A stretch of DNA of 64,000 bases, taken from the IMG/VR virus record IMGVR_UViG_3300025389_000011. The stretch is one strand, 5' to 3'. The DNA comes from a virus (lineage: Duplodnaviria > Caudoviricetes). Position 1 is the stretch's first letter, and each line of letters begins with the position of its first letter. Of the stretch, positions 57,808 through 64,000 are shown in pieces. The notes below the pieces were generated by a model. That model was not told where the DNA came from and did not search any database. It worked only from the letters and a program-made list of their open reading frames with translations. The translations under genes were made by a program, and so were the position numbers.

Positions 57808-58521
57808 ATGTCAATTATTTTATATACGTTAATAGTAACACACATCACTATAGTATGTGTCACATTATTTCTTCATCGTGGGCAAGCGCACAAAGGAATA
57901 GAATTTCATCCAATACTAAGTCATTTTATGCGCTTTTGGCTATGGATAACAACAGGTATGGTTACTAAGCAATGGGTAGCGATACATAGAAAGCATCATA
58001 GATTTAGTGACGTAGAAGGTGATCCACACAGTCCCCATGTATTTGGTATATGGAATATCGTTTTAAGAGGTGTTATGTATTATGTACGTGAAGGACGCAA
58101 CGCATCTACAATGACACAATATGGTAGAGGTACACCAAATGATTGGATAGAACGTAGAGTGTATAGCAGATATAACTTTCATGGTATATTAATTATGCTT
58201 TTAATAAATGTGTTGTTATTTGGTTATTGGGGTTTATTAGTTTGGGGCATACAAATGATATGGATACCATTTTGGGCCGCTGGAGTTATTAATGGCATAG
58301 GTCATTGGTTTGGTTATAAAAATGGTGAGACCAGAGACAAATCAACAAACATAATTCCATGGGGAATCATCATTGGTGGTGAAGAATTGCATAATAATCA
58401 TCACTTAAATCCTGCAAGTGTAAAATTAAGTAGACGTTGGTTTGAATTTGATATTGGTTACATGTGGTTAAAATTATTTGAAATAATAAAATTAGCAAAA
58501 ATAAGGAGCATACAATGTTAG
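57808..58521 (+). CDS. Membrane fatty-acid (acyl-CoA/acyl-lipid delta-9-type) desaturase
   Basis: Three His boxes HRGQAH, HRKHH and HNNHH; DPHSP; WFEFDIGY; hydrophobic segments. Confidence 0.92.
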   Translation: MSIILYTLIVTHITIVCVTLFLHRGQAHKGIEFHPILSHFMRFWLWITTGMVTKQWVAIHRKHHRFSDVEGDPHSPHVFGIWNIVLRGVMYYVREGRNASTMTQYGRGTPNDWIERRVYSRYNFHGILIMLLINVLLFGYWGLLVWGIQMIWIPFWAAGVINGIGHWFGYKNGETRDKSTNIIPWGIIIGGEELHNNHHLNPASVKLSRRWFEFDIGYMWLKLFEIIKLAKIRSIQC

Positions 58522-58616
58522 ATTTTGTGGTACATGTATTTGGTGGTGTAATATTTGTTTGTATTATATATTTGGTTATTGAAGAATTAATTCAAAACAC
58601 TATTAAGAAATCCTAA
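58515..58616 (+). CDS. 33-aa single-pass membrane peptide (not in the ORF track)
   Basis: AAGGAG RBS, then MLDFVVHVFGGVIFVCIIYLVIEELIQNTIKKS*; overlaps the desaturase stop. Confidence 0.5.
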   Translation: MLDFVVHVFGGVIFVCIIYLVIEELIQNTIKKS

Positions 58617-58974
58617 TATCAGCATCAACAGTTACAACTTTAAGTATTGATTTTTTACTTCTTTTATTTTTCTTTTGATACAGTCTATGGCAATTAGCAC
58701 AGAGTGTCATAAGATTTTTTATATTTTTATTCTTTTTATCTCCGTCTTTGTAAACTAAATCTAGTTGACATTTATCTTTTGGTATAAAATTACATATATC
58801 ACATTTTAATTTTTTATTTTCTAAGTGCTTATGTTTATCACTATAAACAATTTTAGCACAATCAACACAATACTTGTGCCATTTTTGAAATCCAAGTTTA
58901 CTTTTTCCATTAGGTTTTGCCAATGCAAAACTACATTTTACACACACTGGTCTTGGTTGATTTGATGTTAACAT
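58603..58974 (-). CDS. Zinc-finger/HNH-like protein with degenerate active site
   Basis: Four CxxC pairs; QLDLVYKDGDKKN...NLMTLCANCHR, where HNH proteins have D(V/H)DHIDG. Confidence 0.75.
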   Translation of the reverse strand: MLTSNQPRPVCVKCSFALAKPNGKSKLGFQKWHKYCVDCAKIVYSDKHKHLENKKLKCDICNFIPKDKCQLDLVYKDGDKKNKNIKNLMTLCANCHRLYQKKNKRSKKSILKVVTVDADIRIS

Positions 58975-58978
58975 GCAT

Positions 58979-58986
58979 TATTTATA
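58979..58986 (-). promoter_or_regulatory. Late promoter TATAAATA for the HNH-like gene
   Basis: Exact consensus 4 nt upstream of ATG 58974. Confidence 0.6.
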
Positions 58987-59035
58987 AAAAGCACTTCATG
59001 GTTCTTTTTTCCGTGATTTGTATTTTGGAATATAG

Positions 59036-59042
59036 ATAAATA
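59036..59042 (+). promoter_or_regulatory. Late promoter ATAAATA
   Basis: Upstream of ATG 59068. Confidence 0.6.
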
Positions 59043-59067
59043 CTTAATCATATAGTGGATTTATTTA

Positions 59068-61314
59068 ATGGCCGCAGAACTTTTTAACTCAATTAATGGC
59101 TTTTCAGTTGGCATACCTCCGATAGAAGTCATAGACTCCAACGGCAATGTTGTAACAAACGTTAACAGTCTAAGCGGTAATGTTGCCGCAAACGTAGTGT
59201 ATGCAAATTCATATTACTATGCAAATGGCCAACCGTTCAATGCATCTGCGGCTGGAGCAAACACACAATTACAGTTTAATGCTAATGGTGTTTTTGGTGG
59301 AATACCAAATGTAACATGGAATGGAACTATACTATCGTTAGGTAGTATATCCAATGTTTCTATTGGTGGCGGTAATGATGGATATGTTTTACAAACAGAT
59401 GGTACAGGTAATCTATCTTGGACTGCACAAACAGGCGGTGGCGGTGGCAATGGCTCTCCTGGTGGTAGTAATACAGAAGTCCAATATAATAATGCAGGTA
59501 CTTTTGGCGGTCATCCTGGTTTTACTTTTAATGATGTATCAAATGTATTACACGTAAGCGGCAATATTGTATCAGTTAATTATAACGCATCAGGAAACAT
59601 AAATGCTACTAATGTTATTGGTAACTTTACAGGTGATGGTTCAAACATAAGCAATATCAATGGATCCAATATCACAGGTAATGTGTCATTCGCTATAAAT
59701 GCAGGTACAGTAACCAATAACGCTCAACCTAATATTACAAGTGTTGGCACACTAACAAACTTAAATGTTAGTGGAAATATTATTTCACTTAATGCTAATT
59801 TAGGTAACATAGTAACAGCCAATTACTATTTTGGTAATGGTGCATACTTAACAGGTGTTGGTAATGCAAACTATAGCCCATTAGCAAACTTTGCAAATTA
59901 TGCAGGTAATGTTACTGTAAGCAGTCAACCAAATATTACAAGTGTTGGTACATTAACAACGTTAACGGTAGCAGGAAATTTAATAAGCGGTAATGCTAAT
60001 TTAGGTAATAGTGTAAACGCCAATTACTATTTTGGTAATGGTGCATACTTAACAGGTGTTGGTAATGCAAACTATAGTCCTTTAGCTAATTTTGCTAATT
60101 ATGCAGGTAATGTTACTGTAAGCAGTCAACCAAATATTACAAGTGTTGGTACGTTACTTAACGTTAGTACATCAGGGAACGTAACCGCAACAGGTAATAT
60201 CATTGGCGCTAACATAGTCGCAAACCAATCTCTTACAGCATTAAATGCAAATATAACAGGTACTGCCAATTTATCAGGGGCAGTTACAGTTGCCGTTACG
60301 GGAACACTAACATCACAAGGTAATATTAATTTTAACAGCGCACCGAATGTTACATTAGGTCCAGTTGGTAATATTCATATTGGTGGCGGAGCTCCTGGAT
60401 ATTTTTTACGCACAGATGGGGCAGGCACACTAAGTTGGGCAGTAGGTGGTGGCGGAGGTAATGGTTCTCCGGGTGGTAATACAACAGCAGTACAATTTAA
60501 TGACAATGGTAATTTTGGTGGTAGTGCTAATTTTGTATTCAATCAATTTAGTAATACACTAACAGTAGATGCAATACGTACAATTGATTTAACAGCTAAC
60601 AACAACATTGTTGTAAGCAATACTGCAAATCTTTCTAACGTAAACATAACACGTAATTTATATTTACCTGCTAATGTAAATGCAACAGGATCACCTAATG
60701 TTTCTTTTGGTGATATAAGTACTTTGCACATTCAAGGTGGCAATAACGGTTATGTATTGAGTACAGACGGAGCCGGCAACTTAGCTTGGTCTGCCGGTGG
60801 TGGCGGTGGCAACGGCACCCCGGGTGGCAGTAATTCACAAGTACAATATAATAAAACAGGCACATTTGCAGGTTCACCTTATTTTACTTTTGATGATACC
60901 AATAATGCATTACACATATCAGGTAATTTAGTAGCAAATACATTTACAATGGGTTCGGGTGTTTATGCATTTAGTCACTCTAATGTATTTTTTGCAACAA
61001 CAATAAGCACATCACCTAATCAAGTATTGTTGGCAATTGATGCGGCTAACATAGCATGTGTTGAGTACACGATTATTTCAACTGATACAGGCGCATCAAT
61101 TAGAAATTTTGTTAAATTATCGGCAGTAATGATAGGGGGAGTATTAAACTATAATGACTATAGTACACTACCTGTCAATGGATATGTGGGGGATTTTTCA
61201 GTAATATATGATCCTGGAAACGTAATCACTACCCCTAGCGTAGTGCTGAAATTTTCCCCTCAGAGTGCAAATTACATGACTCACAAGATGATGGTGACAA
61301 CCTATAATGCATAA
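59068..61314 (+). CDS. Gly/Asn-rich virion fibre-like protein
   Basis: Repeated L.TDG.GNLSW..GGGG.G.PGG.N..VQ(Y/F)N..G.F.G modules and NITSVGTL repeats. Confidence 0.75.
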   Translation: MAAELFNSINGFSVGIPPIEVIDSNGNVVTNVNSLSGNVAANVVYANSYYYANGQPFNASAAGANTQLQFNANGVFGGIPNVTWNGTILSLGSISNVSIGGGNDGYVLQTDGTGNLSWTAQTGGGGGNGSPGGSNTEVQYNNAGTFGGHPGFTFNDVSNVLHVSGNIVSVNYNASGNINATNVIGNFTGDGSNISNINGSNITGNVSFAINAGTVTNNAQPNITSVGTLTNLNVSGNIISLNANLGNIVTANYYFGNGAYLTGVGNANYSPLANFANYAGNVTVSSQPNITSVGTLTTLTVAGNLISGNANLGNSVNANYYFGNGAYLTGVGNANYSPLANFANYAGNVTVSSQPNITSVGTLLNVSTSGNVTATGNIIGANIVANQSLTALNANITGTANLSGAVTVAVTGTLTSQGNINFNSAPNVTLGPVGNIHIGGGAPGYFLRTDGAGTLSWAVGGGGGNGSPGGNTTAVQFNDNGNFGGSANFVFNQFSNTLTVDAIRTIDLTANNNIVVSNTANLSNVNITRNLYLPANVNATGSPNVSFGDISTLHIQGGNNGYVLSTDGAGNLAWSAGGGGGNGTPGGSNSQVQYNKTGTFAGSPYFTFDDTNNALHISGNLVANTFTMGSGVYAFSHSNVFFATTISTSPNQVLLAIDAANIACVEYTIISTDTGASIRNFVKLSAVMIGGVLNYNDYSTLPVNGYVGDFSVIYDPGNVITTPSVVLKFSPQSANYMTHKMMVTTYNA
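59821..60152 (+). repeat. Internal duplication (~131 nt, period 201 nt) in the fibre gene
   Basis: 59821-59951 and 60022-60152 both encode NYYFGNGAYLTGVGNANYSPLANFANYAGNVTVSSQPNITSVGT, with only a few synonymous changes. Confidence 0.9.
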
Positions 61315-61320
61315 AAAATG

Positions 61321-61327
61321 ATAAATA
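61321..61327 (+). promoter_or_regulatory. Late promoter ATAAATA
   Basis: Upstream of an AAGGA RBS and ATG 61350. Confidence 0.6.
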
Positions 61328-61349
61328 AAGATATAAAAGGACAATTAAA

Positions 61350-64000
61350 ATGGCACTAAAACCCTTTAACTCAGTTGGTGGATTTTCAGTAGGTGAAATC
61401 CCCGCAAATGTTATATTAGCTAATAGTGATATATTCACTAACAACTTTACAGTAAATACCTTTGCTAATTTAGGCAACGTTGGTAACGTTTACATCGGCG
61501 GCGGATCATCTGGTGCTGTACTAAGTACTGATGGTACTGGTAATTTATCTTGGTCATCAAGTCCAGGTGTTACTGAAATTCAAAACGGAAATAGTAACGT
61601 AAGCATACCTACAGCTAACGGCAACATTTATATCAATGCTAATAACGGTGCTGATTATCAATGGGTTTTTGATAACACTGGTATATTAACTTTAGCAAAT
61701 AGTGGCGGCTACTCGATAATTGCATCTCCTTCAGGTTCTAACGTTGACATCTACACAGGTGGCTCACAGTATACTGAATTGTTCATGATTGACGGTGGTA
61801 ATATCCAACTTAATACAGCTGGTGGAAATTATAGTTGGGTGTTTAGCAATACTGGTAATTTAACGGTACCTGGAAGTAGTTATATTACACCAGTAACCGG
61901 TAGTCTAAATCTAACTGACGCTTCTGGCAATAGTTATATTGACATTGATACAAACAACATCTACTTGTATACTGATTACGAAGGTAGTGAGTACGAATGG
62001 AATCTAGATAATACAGGTAACACTACATTCCCTGCAACCGGTACAGCAAATCTTGGTAATTTAGTAACTGCCAATTATGCAAACTTTGCCAATGATGTTG
62101 CAATTACAGGCAATGCTAATGTAACTGGCAATGTAACAGCAAGTAATTTCTCTACAACAGGTAGTGCAGGTAATATTAGTGGTGCAAATGTTATTTTTGC
62201 TAACAGTTTTACAAGCAACGGCGGCACAGTAGACTTTAATACTAACAATGCAAATGTACTATTAGGCAATATCGCTAATGTTCATATCTATGGTGGTAGT
62301 AACGGTCAGGCATTGATTACTGACGGCACCGGTAACTTAAGTTGGACATCAACTGCTAACGTCAGTGAAATCTACAATGGTAATAGTAACGTAACTATCC
62401 CAACTACAGACGGCAATGTTTATATCAATGCTAATAGCGGTACAGATCAACAATGGGTATTTGACACAAACGGTTTATTAACATTAGCAACTCCTACCGG
62501 CGGTTATTCACAAATAACATCAAATTCAGGGTCTAATATTGACATCTATACCGGAGGCGCAAATTACTCTGAAATTTATTTGATAGATGGCGGCAATGTA
62601 ACAATCGCTACAAACGGTGAATTACAAAACTGGACATTTGATCAAAACGGTCAATTAACATTGCCAAATGGTTCTAGTATAACTGGTCAACCAAACACAG
62701 CAATTAACATCTATACCAATTCTGGTGTCTATTCAGGTATCCAATTAAATGACAATGGCACTAATAGTAATGTTAGGTTGTACAGTCAAGAAGGTGCATA
62801 TAACTGGATATTCGAAGATAATGGTAATTTAATTTTACCTAACGCCGCAAGTGGTTATGCAACAATAACAACACCGGCTGCCAACAACATTAGTATTCAA
62901 ACAGGTGGCGCACAGTACAGTCAAGTTATATTGAATGACGGTGGCGATGTAATCATTTACGGTAATGCACAGAATGCTGAATATGTGTTTGGTGCAAACG
63001 GCACGTTTAGTGTTGGTAGTGGCACAACAATTGATTTTAACACTAACAACGCAAATGTATTGTTGGGTAATATTGCTAATGTTCACATTTACGGTGGTTC
63101 AAATAATCAAGTGCTTACAACAGATGGTAATGGTAATTTATCATGGTCATCTGGTTCACAAATTGCTAATGGTGCAAGTAATGTAACTATTCCAACTGGT
63201 AACGGCAACGTTTATATTAATGCTAACGCAGGTACAGACTATCAATGGACATTTGATACAACAGGTAATACAACATTCCCTGCAATTGGTGTAGCAAACT
63301 TAGGCAACTTAGTAACGGCTAATTATGCTAACTTTGCAAATGATTTATATGCAGGTGGTAATGGTAACATTCAAGGTAATCTTGAAGTTGCTGGTAATAT
63401 TACTACAGGCGGAGGTTCAGGTGGTAACATCAGCGGTGTTGATTACTTATTTGCTGACTATGCAAATATTACCTATGATGTAAACGCAGGTAATACAGTA
63501 ACAGCAAACTATTTCTATGCAAATTATGATGCAAATATTGCTGGTAATTTGTATGTACAAAATAATGCAACTATTACAGGTAATTTAAGTGCAGGTAATA
63601 TTACCGGCGCTCTAGCTAACGGTACAAGTAATGTTTCTATTCCATCTGCTAATGGTAATGTTATCATTTCAGTTAATGGAACAGCTAATGTATTAACAGT
63701 TAGTAATGTTAATGTTACTATAGCTGGTAATACAATTACTAGTGGTAATGTTATTTCTAATGCTACATTTATTGGTAATACAATAACTTCAGTTGGTACA
63801 TATTTAACAATTGCAAGTGACCAATCTTCTAACGGTACATATAATATTAACTTAGTACCAGGTGGTGCAGGCAATGTTGATGTACATAGTACAAATATTA
63901 CAAGTCTTGCTGATCCAGTTAATCCGCAAGATGCGGCTACAAAACAATATGTTGATAATATCAGTCAAGGTCTTTATGTTCACCCTGCCGCAAATGTATT
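61350..64000 (+). CDS. Large fibre-like repeat protein (runs off the window; not in the ORF track)
   Basis: My translation from ATG 61350 is open to the window end: MALKPFNSVGGFSVGEIP..., with repeated GN(I/V)ANVHIYGG...TDG.GNLSW...NG.SNV.IPT..GN.YINAN...QW.FD modules; ends ...DPVNPQDAATKQYVD. Confidence 0.85.
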   Translation, partial: MALKPFNSVGGFSVGEIPANVILANSDIFTNNFTVNTFANLGNVGNVYIGGGSSGAVLSTDGTGNLSWSSSPGVTEIQNGNSNVSIPTANGNIYINANNGADYQWVFDNTGILTLANSGGYSIIASPSGSNVDIYTGGSQYTELFMIDGGNIQLNTAGGNYSWVFSNTGNLTVPGSSYITPVTGSLNLTDASGNSYIDIDTNNIYLYTDYEGSEYEWNLDNTGNTTFPATGTANLGNLVTANYANFANDVAITGNANVTGNVTASNFSTTGSAGNISGANVIFANSFTSNGGTVDFNTNNANVLLGNIANVHIYGGSNGQALITDGTGNLSWTSTANVSEIYNGNSNVTIPTTDGNVYINANSGTDQQWVFDTNGLLTLATPTGGYSQITSNSGSNIDIYTGGANYSEIYLIDGGNVTIATNGELQNWTFDQNGQLTLPNGSSITGQPNTAINIYTNSGVYSGIQLNDNGTNSNVRLYSQEGAYNWIFEDNGNLILPNAASGYATITTPAANNISIQTGGAQYSQVILNDGGDVIIYGNAQNAEYVFGANGTFSVGSGTTIDFNTNNANVLLGNIANVHIYGGSNNQVLTTDGNGNLSWSSGSQIANGASNVTIPTGNGNVYINANAGTDYQWTFDTTGNTTFPAIGVANLGNLVTANYANFANDLYAGGNGNIQGNLEVAGNITTGGGSGGNISGVDYLFADYANITYDVNAGNTVTANYFYANYDANIAGNLYVQNNATITGNLSAGNITGALANGTSNVSIPSANGNVIISVNGTANVLTVSNVNVTIAGNTITSGNVISNATFIGNTITSVGTYLTIASDQSSNGTYNINLVPGGAGNVDVHSTNITSLADPVNPQDAATKQYVDNISQGLYVHPAANV

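Noticed and set aside
1-64000. CRISPR array, tRNA genes, stop-codon reassignment, inteins or introns in the core genes
   Set aside because: No spaced repeats or cloverleafs were seen. Very long ORFs are intact in the standard code. Portal, MCP, gp46 and gp47 have normal lengths without insertion motifs.

Overview
This window is a 64-kb segment of an AT-rich, T4-like (gp20/21/22/23-type) jumbo myophage genome that reads in the standard genetic code. Positions 1-41.9 kb (minus strand) hold a baseplate/tail arm: gp48/54-like, gp53-like, hub, gp5-like, gp25, gp6, a giant 6337-aa wedge protein and fibre-like proteins. That arm runs into a tightly coupled operon of three glycosyltransferase-like genes, a sulfotransferase-like gene and three N-terminal-twitch radical SAM enzymes. 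Positions 42.1-46.6 kb (plus) encode a gp55-like late sigma factor, gp47/gp46 (Mre11/Rad50-like) and a PD-(D/E)XK resolvase-like nuclease. These are followed by a ~490-nt gene-free region that is GC-enriched and packed with hairpins (candidate large structured RNA plus CGAAG DNA mini-hairpins). Positions 47.1-48.2 kb (minus) are a gp26/gp51-like pair linked by a T-TTT-TTC slippery site and a 3' hairpin (predicted -1 frameshift). Positions 48.3-64 kb (mostly plus) encode a tape-measure-like protein with a GH19 domain, portal, head scaffold/protease genes, major capsid protein, a fatty-acid desaturase, a degenerate HNH protein (minus strand) and two Gly/Asn-rich fibre-like proteins. (A/C)TAAATA late promoters precede many structural genes. 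I saw no tRNA, rRNA, CRISPR array, terminase or tail sheath. All functional calls come from motif recognition by eye; no database search was run.
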